A DNA stretch of 64,000 nt from Octopus vulgaris (Eukaryota): assembly GCA_951406725.2 (NCBI GenBank), contig OX597815.1, positions 189,658,001-189,722,000 of the forward strand. Reading direction: 5' to 3'. The position numbers were made by a program, and so were the translations under genes. Positions 38,908-51,355 of the stretch are shown one piece after another. A model generated the notes under the pieces. It was given only the letters and a program-made list of their open reading frames with translations. It was not told the DNA's origin and did not search any database. Within the stretch, counting starts at the first letter, position 1. The number at the start of each line of letters is the position of its first letter.

Positions 38908-39292
38908 GGATGGAAGCACTCCATTGGTTATGACGACGAGGGTTCCGGTTGATCCGATCAACAGAACAGCCTGCTCATGAAATTAACATGTAAGTGGCTG
39001 AGCACTCCACAGACACGTGTACCCTTAACGTAGTTCTCGGGGATATTCAGCGCGACACAGAGTGACAAGGCCAGCCCTTTGAAATACAGGTACAACAGAA
39101 ACAGGAAGTAAGAGTGAGAGAAAGTTGTGGTGAAAGAGTACAGCAGGGATCACCACCATCCCTGCCAGAGCCTCGTGGAGCTTTTTAGGTGTTTTCGCTC
39201 AATAAACACTCACAATGCCTGGTCTGGGAATCGAAACCGCGATCCTACGACAGCGAGTTCACTGCCCTAACCACTGGGCCATTGCGCCTCCA
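38908..39292 (-). mobile_element. SINE family E with TSD
   Basis: TSD cacagcaaaaat at 38896-38907 and 39291-39302. Confidence 0.9.
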
Positions 39293-39430
39293 CAGCAAAA
39301 ATAGAGCATAGATTGGTGTACAGCAAAGAATCAAACAAGTGTGTATACCTACATGGAGACAGTGAACCCCTACGCAACGGTAACGCATCAACTTAAAAAT
39401 AAAAGCAATCCTTAGATTTACATTTTCATA

Positions 39431-39953
39431 GGTGCAGGCGTGGCTGTGTGGTAAGGAGCATGTTTCCCAACCACATGGTCCTGCATTCGCTCCCACTGCA
39501 TGGGCTATAGACTGGGGCTAAGCAAAGCTTTGTGAAAAACTAAATGAAGCCTCTCATATTTGTGTATATATGTGTGTGCATACATGTGTGTGTGTGTCTT
39601 TGTGTCTGTGCTTGTTCCCAATCATTGCTTTGTGTTGGTGAGTTTACACCCCTGAATTTAGTGGTTTGGCAAAAAAATAAGTTGAGTCATTCAAGTAAAA
39701 AATTCTTTGAGCTGGTACCCCAGGATGGCCATAGTCTAATGACCGAAACAAGTAAAAAAGTAAAAGATAAAAATAAAGAATAGGTGCAGGAGTGGCTGTG
39801 TGGTAAGTAGCTTGCTTACCAACCACATGGTTCCAGGTTCATTCCCACTGCGTGGCACCTTGGGCAAGTGTCTTCTACTGTAGCCTCGGGTTGACCAAAG
39901 CCTTGTGAGTGGATTTGGTAGATGGAAACTGAAAGAAGCCCGTCTTATACATG

Positions 39954-40002
<49 letters not shown>

Positions 40003-40205
40003 ATATGTCTGTGTGTGTCTTTGTTTGTCCCCCAACGTCATTTGATGCTGGTGTGTTTACGTCCCCGTAACTTAGCGGTTCGGCAAAAGAGACCGATAGA
40101 ATAAGTAGTAGGCTTCCAAAGAATAAGTCCTGGGGTTGATTTGCTCGACCAAAGGCGGTGCTCCAGCATGGCCACAGTCAAATGACTGAAACAAGTAAAA
40201 GAGTA
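39431..40205 (+). mobile_element. Two tandem SINE family B copies (diverged 39431-39779; intact 39783-40205)
   Basis: Head and tail homology. Confidence 0.85.
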
Positions 40206-40265
40206 ATTCGTTACTTTGACATGCAGCAAAGAACCAAACACATCCATCGATCTTGAAGACAATGG

Positions 40266-40657
40266 TGGAGTGGTGGAAGCACTCCATCAGTTATGACGAT
40301 GAGGGTTCCGGTTGATCTGAATCAGCGGTACAGCCTGCTCGTGAAATTAACGTGTAAGTGGCTGAGCACTCCACAGACAAGTGCACCCTTAACGTAGTTC
40401 TCGGGGATATTCAGCGTGACACAGAGAGTGACAAGGCCGGCCCTTTGAAATACAGGTACAACAGAAACAGGAAGTAAGAGTGAGAGAAAGTTGTGGTGAA
40501 AGAGTACAGCAGGGATCACCACCATCCCTGCCGGAGCCTCATGGATCTTTTGGTGTTTTCACTCCATAAACACTTACAACGCCCGGTCTGGGAATCGGAA
40601 CCGCGATCCAATGACCGCGAGTCCGCTGCCCTAACCACTGGGCCATTGCACCTCCAC
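40266..40657 (-). mobile_element. SINE family E with TSD
   Basis: TSD tgaagacaatgg at 40254-40265 and 40658-40669. Confidence 0.9.
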
Positions 40658-40762
40658 TGAAGACAATGGATGCCTACACAACTACAAAACCACTCCTTAC
40701 ATCTAGATTCTCATTCACAAGCAAAGCACTCGACAAAGAAGTCTAATGAATACAACAAATAT

Positions 40763-40975
40763 TGATTTCAAATTTTGTCACAAGGCCAGTAATTTCGGGC
40801 AGGGGGTGAGTTGATTAAATCGACCCCAGTACTCAACTGGTACTTATTTTATCAACACCAAAACGATGAAAGACAAAGTAGACCTTGGCAGGATTTGAAC
40901 TCAGAACGTGAAGATAGTCATAGAGCTGCAAAGCATTTTGCCAGGTGTAGAGATGCTTCTGCCAGTTTGTCACCT
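40763..40975 (-). mobile_element. SINE family C (diverged)
   Basis: Core homology. Confidence 0.65.
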
Positions 40976-41351
40976 TCACAACAGATATTAATTAACGAGA
41001 TATTCCAGCAGGCCATTATAGAAGAACTATAGAAGAATACAGGCAGAAATACATCAAAGGATGCACCCAATAAAATACACAGTTTGCACATAAAATTAAT
41101 TATATGAAGAAATGTATAAAAATTACTGAATAGATGAGACCTCATTGAGCAGAATACAAAATGCATCAGGTCTGATCATAAGCCTGAAATAATGCAATGC
41201 TACAAAAACACCAAAACCAGAATTCCTCTTACAATAACATACCACAAACAGGTAAACCCAACAACAAACTATTTATGAAAAGCTTGGGGTAAAATTGGAA
41301 GTTATAAACTCCAGAACACCAGCTGTTGCATTTGACATACCATTGAAACAC

Positions 41352-41460
41352 TTTAACCACTACTACGCCATATGTCTGTAGTTAAGAGCGTGGGCTACTA
41401 ACCCAAAGATTCCGAGTTCAATTCCAGGCAGTGATCTGAATAATAATAATAATAATAATA
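41352..41460 (+). mobile_element. Family P1 palindrome centre + tRNA-like head + (TAA)n
   Basis: ttaaccactactacgccatatgtctgtagttaagagcgtgggctactaacc..gagttcaattcc..(aat)n. Confidence 0.75.
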
Positions 41461-43777
41461 AGCTAGTTCAGCTGCTCAATGGAATTATGAGAGACCCAAA
41501 GAAAACACCTGAATGGTTAGCAAGTGGCATTACTTACCTACTCCCAAAGAATAACGAAACCAACCTTCTAAAAAACGTATAAAATCCTAACATCTATCCT
41601 GGCGGAGAAAACATATGCATTCATGGAGAAGAACGATATTTTCCCCATTGAACAAAAAGGGTGCCGCCGAGGCTATTACGGATGCAAAGATCAACTGCTA
41701 ATCAACTGTATGATTCTTGAGAACTGTCACAACAAGCGCAGAAATCTCAGCACCGCATGGATTGACTATAAAAAGGCCTTCGACAGTATACCGCATCCAT
41801 GGATCTTGAGATCGCTGGACATCTTCAAAATTTCCCCTGTGATTTCAAACTTCCTGAAGCACAATATGTCGTTGTGGAATACTAATCTCCAATTATACCA
41901 CTCTAATGGAGTACTTGCCTCAGAAAATATAAACATCAACTGTGGAATTTTTCAAGGTGACTCACTTTCACCTTTAATATTCTGCATAGCCCTAATACCC
42001 CTTACAAGTGAATTAAACAGAACAGGGTATGGGTATAAAATTGCCAATAAAAAAATAAGCCATCTATTTTATATGGATGACTTAAAACTTTATGGTAAAG
42101 ACAATAATGAACTTGAAGGCCTATTGCGCACCGTGAAAGCATTCAGCGATGACATCGGGATGGAGTTTGGACTTGAGAAGTGTGCCAAGGCCACTTTCCA
42201 GAAAGGGAAAGTGAATACCACAAATTCAGTCGTGTTAGATGTTGACACAGTCATAAGAGAGCTTGAGCAAGAACAAACATACAAATATTTAGGGATAAAT
42301 GAAGGCTCTGGTATTCAGCATGCAAGCATGAAAGAGAAAATCAGGAAGGAATGTTATAGGAGAGTTCGTGCAGTCCTGAAATCTGAACTAAATGCACGTA
42401 ACAAGGTGTTAGCTATAAATTCCTTAGCAGTTCCAGTTGTTACTTATAGCTACAATGTGTTGAACTGGAATATGAGTGAAGTAAAGAATATAGATAGGAA
42501 AATACGCAAGCTGCTGAGTTGTAATAGGATGCACCACCCAAAGGCAGACGTAGATCGCCTTTACCTTCCCAGAGCCCAAGGAGGTCGAGGCCTGATCCAA
42601 TTTGAACTAGCTTACAAAACAACCACAATTGGACTGGCCAAATATCTCGAAATATCGAAAGACTGGATGCTAAAGTTCATGGAACATCACGATAGACGAA
42701 AGAAGCTTCATTCTATCATAAAGGAAAGCAAAAAATTTGCTATTGATCTCGTGCAGGATACCCAAACTGAACAACCCGAGGGAAGTACGGCAACTATTGT
42801 TGCAAAGAAGGTGAAAATGATGGCAATGAAAAAAGCGCACGAGCAATTGGCTGATAGATGGGAGGAGAAACCTCTGTACGGCAAATATGTGACCCGCAGC
42901 AAACAAGCTGATGTTGACCAGAATCAAACCCATCAGTGGCTACGGAGCTCAGGGCTAAAAGCAGAGAGCGAAGGTTTCATCCTGGCTGCTCAAGATCAAA
43001 GCCTATTAACCCGGATATACCAGGCCAATGTGATGAAAAATGGCGCAGACCCAAAATGCCGATTCTGCAACGACATGATTGAAACAGTGGACCACCTAAT
43101 CTCTGGATGTAAAGTCTTAGCACCAGTGGAGTATAAATTAAGACATGACAGAGTTGGCCAATATCTCCACTGGCTAATAAGTCGGCATTACAATATCAAA
43201 ACTGCCGACAAGTGGTATAATCACCACCCTGAGGCTGTAACTGAAGGAGAAAATGTAACCATTCTGTGGGACTTTCCAGTACATACAGACCGAACCATCA
43301 AGGCCAATAAACCAGATATTGTTGTGAAAGACCAAAACAATAAAGTTTGCTTATTGATCGACATGAGCATCCCCTGTGATCATAATATCTCAGCGAAAGA
43401 GTTTGACAAGCTCAGAAAATATAAAGACTTACTTGTGGCATCTCAAGGCGGTTACAATACCAGTGATCGTAGGAGCACTAGGAATGATCAAGAAGGGAAC
43501 CGAAAATTATATGAGAATGATCCTGGCTTACCATCCCTGCAAGAAGTGCAAAAAATTGTCTTAACTGGTACATCACACGTATTGAGAAGAGCATTGTCAA
43601 TGTGAGAACTGTTGCTGCTCATGTATTTTAATTTAACTTAAAAAAAAATAAAAAAAATGAACGAACTACTGAGTTTGGTTTAATGGCCTACCAATGTATA
43701 CTATGAGTTTCTTTGCCCTAGGAGTCGGGAAGACACTCGGCAAGAAATGGAAGCAAATTTGAAAGAAGAAAAAAAAA

Positions 43778-43778
<1 letters not shown>
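41461..43778 (+). mobile_element. 5'-truncated R4/Dong-clade non-LTR retrotransposon inserted in (TAA)n
   Basis: RT + CCHC + restriction-like endonuclease coding region; (TAA)n on both flanks, the known Dong target. Confidence 0.88.
41623..43605 (+). CDS. Reverse transcriptase / restriction-like endonuclease polyprotein (truncated, locally frameshifted near the C-terminus)
   Basis: AWIDYKKAFDSIPH, GIFQGDSLSPL, YMDD, KYLG; CRFC..ETVDHLISGC, RHD, KPDIVV. The native WHLKAVTIPVIVGALGMIKK lies in another frame (ORF 43376-43564). Confidence 0.85.
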   Translation: MEKNDIFPIEQKGCRRGYYGCKDQLLINCMILENCHNKRRNLSTAWIDYKKAFDSIPHPWILRSLDIFKISPVISNFLKHNMSLWNTNLQLYHSNGVLASENININCGIFQGDSLSPLIFCIALIPLTSELNRTGYGYKIANKKISHLFYMDDLKLYGKDNNELEGLLRTVKAFSDDIGMEFGLEKCAKATFQKGKVNTTNSVVLDVDTVIRELEQEQTYKYLGINEGSGIQHASMKEKIRKECYRRVRAVLKSELNARNKVLAINSLAVPVVTYSYNVLNWNMSEVKNIDRKIRKLLSCNRMHHPKADVDRLYLPRAQGGRGLIQFELAYKTTTIGLAKYLEISKDWMLKFMEHHDRRKKLHSIIKESKKFAIDLVQDTQTEQPEGSTATIVAKKVKMMAMKKAHEQLADRWEEKPLYGKYVTRSKQADVDQNQTHQWLRSSGLKAESEGFILAAQDQSLLTRIYQANVMKNGADPKCRFCNDMIETVDHLISGCKVLAPVEYKLRHDRVGQYLHWLISRHYNIKTADKWYNHHPEAVTEGENVTILWDFPVHTDRTIKANKPDIVVKDQNNKVCLLIDMSIPCDHNISAKEFDKLRKYKDLLVASQGGYNTSDRRSTRNDQEGNRKLYENDPGLPSLQEVQKIVLTGTSHVLRRALSM

Positions 43779-43820
<42 letters not shown>

Positions 43821-43833
43821 TAATAATAATAAT

Positions 43834-44237
43834 GTGGCTGTGTGGTAAGTAGCTTGCTAACCAACCACATGGTTCCAGGTTCAGTCCCACTGCGTGGCAT
43901 CTTGGGCAAGTGGCTTCTGCTATAGCCCCAGGCCGACCAATGCCTTGTGAGTGGATTTGGTAGACGGAAACTGAAAGAAGCCTGTCGTATATATTTATAT
44001 ATATATATATATATATATGTATGTTTGTGTTTGTGTGTCTGTGTTTGTCCCCCTAGCATTGCTTGACAACCGATGCTGGTGTGTTTACGTCCCCGTCACT
44101 TAGTGGTTCAGCAAAAGAGACTGATAGAATAAGTACTGGGCTTACAAAGAATAAGTCCCGGGGTCGATTTGCTCGACTAAAGGCGGTGCTCCAGCATGGC
44201 TGCAGTCAAATGACTGAAACAAGTAAAAGAGTAAAAG
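43834..44237 (+). mobile_element. SINE family B inserted in (TAA)n
   Basis: (TAA)n on both sides. Confidence 0.9.
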
Positions 44238-44244
44238 TGTAATG

Positions 44245-44294
<50 letters not shown>

Positions 44295-44574
44295 AATAAT
44301 AAAAATAATAGGAGCAATTTCAAAACTCTATACCACTTACCACAAAGCAAAGATAGAAACATGTGAGAGAAAAATATTTACATATTTTATAAAATTCTTC
44401 CGAGAAACACAAGATTTATTAAGAAAGCCATTCTCATGTTGCAACACAATGCCAAAATAAACATGCAAACAACATGTTCATCAAAATATAAACATGTGGC
44501 TACTGGGATGAAAACTTGAGCACTACAAATAAATTGACACATAACTACTGACATAGAGTATTTATAGTCAAAAG

Positions 44575-44951
44575 TGGAGGCGCAATGGCCCAGTGGTTAG
44601 GGCAGCGGACTCACAGTCATAGGATCATGGTTTCGATTCCCAGACCGGGCGTTGTGAGTGTTTATTGAGCAAAAACACCCAAAAGCTCCACCAGGCTCCG
44701 GCAGGGGATGGTGGTGATCCCTGCTGTACTCTTTCACCACAACTTTCTCTCACTCTTACTTCCTGTTTCTGTTGTACCTGTATTTCAAGGGGCCGGCCTT
44801 GTCACGCTGAATATCCCTGAGAACTACGTTAAGAGTGCACGTGTCTGTGGAGTGCTCAGCCACTTACACGTTAATTTCAAGAGCAGGCTGTTCCGTTGAT
44901 TCAGATCAACTGGAACCCTCATCGTCGTAACCAACGGAGTGCTTCCAGTCC
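44575..44951 (+). mobile_element. SINE family E with TSD
   Basis: TSD atagtcaaaagt at 44564-44575 and 44952-44963. Confidence 0.9.
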
Positions 44952-45461
44952 ATAGTCAAAAGTATTTTGGTGGAAAAGTGTACATGAGTTCAAGTAGTAT
45001 ATAAAATAACACAGATACCAAACAAATTTAAATTCTTGAAAAGGCGACTGTGAATGTCTGGAAATGTCGAATATGAATTTCAGGACTCTATTGTCTCAAA
45101 AATATCTAAGATAAAATGATCAAACTTGAACACAGTTAATGAAACATGTGTGCTTACACACACACATACACACACACATATATATGTATGTGCATATAAT
45201 GTCAGCATTCGTGTGTGCATGTATGCTGACATTAAAACTGATCACACTCTACTTACAAAAACCAGTGGAATAAAATGTTTTTTACTTAAAAATAGGAGAG
45301 GGTTGGCAATGCAAAAGACAAACAGCAGTAAATAGCAATTTCAAATTAGTCATTATCCAACTCATGCCTGCATGGAAAAGCAGATATTAAAACGAGTGAA
45401 ATATATAACTCTATCTATCTATCTATTTATTTTATTATTTTTTTTTTATTTATTTATTTAT

Positions 45462-46293
45462 TTTTTTTGTTCTTTTCTTCCCTTTTACGATCCCTCTTGA
45501 TCAAAAACCTACGCCACCCCTTTCTTTTTTTTTTTGTTTCTTTTGTTTTTTGTTTTTTTCATCCCCCAAAAGAAAAGCTCTACCTTGTAACTTGTCCCAT
45601 CTGTGTACAGACCAGTGTGGCCAATAAAGAAACTTGTCTATCTATCTGTTGGTTTGCTTGTCTGTTTGTCTATCTATGTGTATGCATACACACACAAATA
45701 CAGATAGATAGATAGACAGACAGACAAATAGATAGATAAATAGATAGATAGATAAATGGATGGATGGATGGATAAATAGATAGACAGACAGGCAGACAGA
45801 TAGATAGATAGATGGATAGGCAGATAAATAGACAGACAGACAGAGAGACAGATAGCTAGATGGATGGATGGAAGGATGGATGGATAAGTTTCTTTATTGG
45901 CCACGCAGGGCTGCACACAGATGGGACAAATTACAAGGTAGAGCTTTTCTTTTGGAGATGAAAAAAACAAAAATACAAAAAACAAAAAAAGTGGCATAGG
46001 TTTTCGATCAAAAGGGATCGTAAAAGGGAAAAAAGAAAAAAAGAAGAAGGAAAAAAAAGGAAAAGAAAAAGAAAAGAAAAAGGAAGAAAGAAGAAAAAAG
46101 GGGAAGAGGAAAAAAAACGATCAATAGGGATCATGTTTCACAGTGTCATGATGTACGGTGTAAAGGGGGAAGCAGATAAGGTTTATCCGTGGGAAGAAAA
46201 GCCTACGAAAAAGACCACGGTAACCTCGGTCAATATTGTTATATGTTACCACATTTGTTTGCAAGTGGGTAACCCTCTGTTTTCAATTTCTGG
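45462..46293. mobile_element. Two tail-to-tail 3' fragments of a T-rich, AATAAA-ending non-LTR element in (GATA/GGAT)n
   Basis: 45462-45633(+) and 45888-46293(-) share aaaagaaaagctctaccttgtaa.ttgtcccatctgtgt.cag.cc..gtggccaataaagaaac. Confidence 0.6.
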
Positions 46294-46414
46294 GAAGGAT
46301 GGATGGATAGATAGATAGACAGACAGACAGGCAGACAGATAGATAGATAGATGGATAGGTAGATAAACAGACAGACACAGATAGATAGATGGATAGGTAG
46401 ATAAATAGACAGGC

Positions 46415-46445
<31 letters not shown>

Positions 46446-46485
46446 TAGATAGATAGATAGATAAATAGATAGACAGATAGGTAGG

Positions 46486-46521
<36 letters not shown>

Positions 46522-46594
46522 TAGATAGATAGATAGATAAATAGATAGACAGATAGGTAGATAGATAGATAGATAGATAGATAGATATATATAT

Positions 46595-46659
<65 letters not shown>

Positions 46660-46680
46660 CAGACAGATAGATAGATAGAT
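46294..46680. repeat. (GATA)n/(GACA)n microsatellite
   Basis: Directly visible. Confidence 0.95.
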
Positions 46681-47021
46681 TTCTGTATATATTCCTAACC
46701 TACAAAGTCTTGGTATTCCAGTAATTATCATTGTCAGCCTTGTGTCATTATGCAAACGAAATGCCTGTCACATACTTTGCTAACAGTTACTAAGTGTCCA
46801 GAAGCTACAGTCTTCAATTTCTATACATCCTTCCTTCTGCCTTTCATGTCCTATTTTTTGTTTTCCTCTTACATAATTTCTGTGTGCTTGTGTATTGAAA
46901 AATAAGAAGTATACATACTCACAAATTGAGTTCTTTTAGTTCTGCTTGTTCTACAAAAATAAAAATAAAAGATTTGTTTACATTTTAATAAGTATCCTGT
47001 GGCTCCATAATCAGAAATTTG

Positions 47022-47052
<31 letters not shown>

Positions 47053-47741
47053 AGAGAGAGAGAAAGCAAGAGAGAGAGAGAGAGAAGCAAATACTGATAA
47101 ATAATAATGAAACCAGACAGAGAGTCTGATCCCCTCTCTTAAGCTGTCAAGTATTCCCTCATGGGCCTAATTTCACAGCAAAACTGAACATATATGGATG
47201 AGAGTCTATTTGTTGGTGTATTTGTTATTTAATCCAGGCCCTCAGCCTTGTACAATTATGTAAATTTATTTATACTAATGATACGTTTGCTTACATTATT
47301 CATAAAAAAACGTATTTTTCTGAACTTTGGGTAACAGAAGACAAGCTAAGTGATCCCTGAGGAATTACTATGTAAGTATATAAATACATTTGTTTATTCC
47401 TACCCTACAGAATTGGTATGCATGTAAATAAGTACCAAATTTATAACTAATTTGGTTGATACATTTTAACATTAGTGATTAGATGATATCTTATATTTTT
47501 CAGTTTTATATGTGTGTGTGTGTGTGTGGGGGGGCGTGTGTAATTATATGTATATATATATAAAATGAAAAATTTCTTGGTATTATTTATTGACTATTAC
47601 ATGTTTCATTTGCTAATAGAAAATTCCACACATTTCTATATAACGTGATATCTTGTGATTCCTATCAGGAAATGAAACATATGTACAGGTGAATAAATAA
47701 TATCCACAAAAGTTGGACTTATAAGCAAGAGCAAGAAAGGT

Positions 47742-47870
47742 AAACTTTGCTTGGTAGAGAAGGCAAGAATCCTTAAAAAGTTCACTCGACCCAAGAACCT
47801 TTTTAAACTCCAGAAAAGAAATATTTAGTCAATGCCCTCATCTAAAACATTTCTCACTACAAACTTGGAA
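47742..47870 (+). pseudogene. PLE C-terminal relic (Naiad-like LCLxEK...LNxRxE..C.H motif)
   Basis: KLCLVEKARILK / SLDPRTFLNSRKEIFSQCPHLKHFSL with one frameshift. Confidence 0.55.
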
Positions 47871-48459
47871 TTCCTCATTTGTTGAACAGGCCTACTGTTT
47901 CTTCAAATATTACCATGGCTATAACCAATGTAAAGGGATGACCTCATCCTGCCTGTAGAACAGACAAATATTTTTTGTTTACAAAAGTAACTGACTTTGA
48001 TGTATTTCATCCTCCAGTTGTAGAGAGGTTATGTGCTTTCGGCCACTGAGTCTGACACTATGCCTATACTGCTAATTGTTTTATAGGTGTGGAACAAGTG
48101 ATCACTATGACTAGCCATAACATTTAACTTCCTAAATCATATATATATATGTAAGTGCAGGAGGTATGACTGTATAACTAAGAGGTTTGCCTTGCAACTA
48201 TGAGTTTCCGTGTTTAGCACCACTCCAAAGAAACTACCAAATTCTGTTTATGTTTCTCAGAAATGTGATAAACGTCCAGAACAAAATTCGGGGATGAAAA
48301 AAGAAACCATCAATGCCATAGTTAATTTCTTGGCTGTAATGTTGACCCTGATTACAAGATCAAAAAAACTCTCCCAAAAATCAGAAAAAAGGCTGATATA
48401 TTTTAATACAGCTTCATGCCTTTCACATCAAACTATAGTTTTAAAAACCTTAACAATTT

Positions 48460-48530
<71 letters not shown>

Positions 48531-48623
48531 TGTACGTATGTTTGTATGTTTACATATATACATAAAGAGAGAGAGAGACAATAATTCACATAAACAGATA
48601 AAGACCTTTGGTTTAAATGTACA

Positions 48624-48661
<38 letters not shown>

Positions 48662-49524
48662 ATGTAAAAACAGAAGGCAGACTTAAAATTTTCAGACAAT
48701 TATCAATGAAGAATAAATATTATATACATTTTTTTTATATTGTAAATCTGCCAATTTTATGAATTAACTCCAACCCTTCAGATACAGCTGTCAGACTTGT
48801 AATGCCTTCTCCCCTGCTAATTCTTTGAGTCTATATAATTTGAGTTAGTTTGCTTTATTAAAACACACATATATATATATATATACTTAATTGTTAATCA
48901 TCTGAAAATTTTAAGACTTGCTTCTCTTTTTAAATGTATATATGTATATATATATATATATTTGCATATTTAAATCCAAGGTCTTTATCACTTTACTTGA
49001 ATCATTGTTTCTATATCTGCTCTCTTGTATTCCCCCAATAGTCAATTTTTAACCTACTGACTTGATCCTCAATAAAGATATTTGAGTGTAAGTTCAAATC
49101 ATTTGAGCACTAGAAAGTGATTTCTACATTGCGATTTTCTTGATCTTATCTCTTGACTCTGCACATATATATTTCACATGTGTTATGCCGCACCACATCA
49201 GCAAATAGATTTCACACTATTTGCATATATGTCTCAGACTAGTGATTCAATTCGTTTCAATGTGAATCACTTAAATGGTATTGAAGAACCATAATGATAG
49301 CGGAATATCAATATCTGTCATTCTTGACCACCTCAGGCAAATTGTCTCACCTGTCTGGGATAGTCAATGTTCTTTAACATTTGGTGTTGTCTAGGGACCT
49401 TTCCCAATATGTTATCTATTACATTATCCCGCAGCAAAACAAAACACAGAGACTATGTGTGTGCATTTGTTAATGTTTACATTCATTAGAGCTGCTTGTA
49501 ATTCAAACACTACTTTACATAAAT

Positions 49525-49870
49525 CCTCATCATCATCATCATTTAACATCCGTTGTCCATGCTGGCATGGGTTGGATGGTTTGACCAAGGCTGGCATGCT
49601 GGAAGGCTGCACCAGACTCCAATGGTTTCTACAGCCGGATGCCCTTTCTAACGCCAACAATTCCAAGATTGTAATGGGTGCTTTTACGTGCCACTGGCAC
49701 AGGTGCCATTTGTGTATCACCAATATCTGTTATGACTGCAATTTGGCTCAGCTTGATGGGTCTTCTTCTCAAGCACAAAATAATGCCAAAGGACACGGTC
49801 ATTGCCTGCATGAGCCCCAACACTCGAAGGGAGTTCAGTCATTATGCCTCCGTGAGGCCCACACTCTAAA
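49525..49870 (-). mobile_element. Repeat family D
   Basis: (cat)n followed by ttaacatccgttgtccatgctggcatgggttgg. Confidence 0.7.
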
Positions 49871-49977
49871 GGTTTATGTTGTTTATGGTTTGTGATGTCC
49901 TGTACCCATATATGCATATATATGAGTGTATGTGTGTACATATACATATATAGATGCATATATATTATTTATATATA

Positions 49978-50380
49978 GGCGCAGGAGTGGCTGTGTGGTA
50001 AGTAGCTTGCTTACCAACCACATGGTTCCGGGTTCAGTCCCACTGCGTGACATCTTGGGCAAGTGTCTTCTGCTATAGCCCCGGGCCGACCAATGCCTTG
50101 TGAGTGGATTTGGTAGACGGAAACTGAAAGAAGCCTGTCGTATATATGTATATATATATATATGTATGTGTGTGTATGTTTGTGTGTCTGTGTTTGTCCC
50201 CCTAGCATTGCTTGACAACCGATGCTGGTGTGTTTACGTCCCTATCACTTAGCGGTTCGGCAAAAGAGACCGATAGAATAAGTACTGGGCTTACAAAGAA
50301 TAAGTCCCGGGGTTGATTTGCTCGACTAAAGGCGGTGCTCCAGCATGGCCGCAGTCAAATGACTGAAACAAGTAAAAGAG
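49978..50380 (+). mobile_element. SINE family B (young, full length)
   Basis: Nearly identical to the 16361 and 43834 copies. Confidence 0.9.
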
Positions 50381-50649
50381 TATATCACAGACATAAAAAT
50401 AGCTATAAACACTTCATTGAATGATAGATTATAGTATAGAAGTTATTCAAGTTCTTTATAAAGTAATTAGTTTGAGAAAAGATTCCTAACAAATTTTAAA
50501 AAGAGGAAATTAGAAAACAATCAACAAAGAAGATAAAGGGGCAGAAATAGAAGAGTGAGAAAGGAAAGGAAAATTTGCTTTGAGTTGTGATTGCTTTGAA
50601 ATCCATTTACAAAGTCAGAGACATATTTATAAGGCTGCTGCTAATCTGC

Positions 50650-50910
50650 TCCTCCTTCCCCCTCTCCTCCTTCTCATCTCTAGTACTGAGTACTTCTTCT
50701 TCTCCTTCTTCTTCTCCTTTTTCTTCTTCTTCTTCTCCTTTTTCTTCTTCTTCTTCTTCTTCTCCTTCTCCTCCTTCTTCTCCTCCTCCTCCTCCTCCTC
50801 CTCCTCCTCCTCCTCCTCCTCCTCCTCCTTCTTCTTCTTCTTCTTTTTCTTCTTCTCCTCCTCCTCCTCCTTCTTCTTCTTCTTCTTCTTCTTCTTCTTC
50901 TTCTTCTTTA
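50650..50910. repeat. (TTC)n/(TCC)n tract
   Basis: Directly visible. Confidence 0.95.
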
Positions 50911-51318
50911 CACTGCTGTTGCTGTTGTTGGCATTGTTGCTTTTTAGTCCCAAGTCAGTTAGGAAAGAAAGTATTTATTATGTCATTTTTTTTTCTTAAA
51001 GATTGTAGGGTTCAATTAGAATGTGATTAGGCTGCTATTTCTAGCAGACTGAGGCTCCAGTCAAAGGAATTTTTATTTTGTCTCACAAGTTGCTCGACGA
51101 TCTCACCAATGCCCCTGCCATAACAAAAAGCAGCCAGTGCAATCTATAGAACAGCATTTCTCAGCCAGGGTTCCCAGGAACCATATGGTACTGCAAAAGT
51201 TTCCTAGGGGTTCCGCAAGAAAGAGTGAGGTAAGCTAATACCAATTTCACAATCGTAATATTACTATACATGCACAACATTTTATTCGTTTTCATAATAT
51301 AGACATCATCCTATCTAA

Positions 51319-51352
<34 letters not shown>

Positions 51353-51355
<3 letters not shown>

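Noticed and set aside
44575-44650. tRNA-like sequences at SINE heads (families B, C, E, P1)
   Set aside because: No complete cloverleaf or acceptor stem; they run into repeat bodies, with TSDs in family E, so they are not tRNA genes.
48960-49420. Possible additional GIY-YIG relic on the minus strand (IYLLMWCGITHVKYICAES)
   Set aside because: Too decayed to support by eye.
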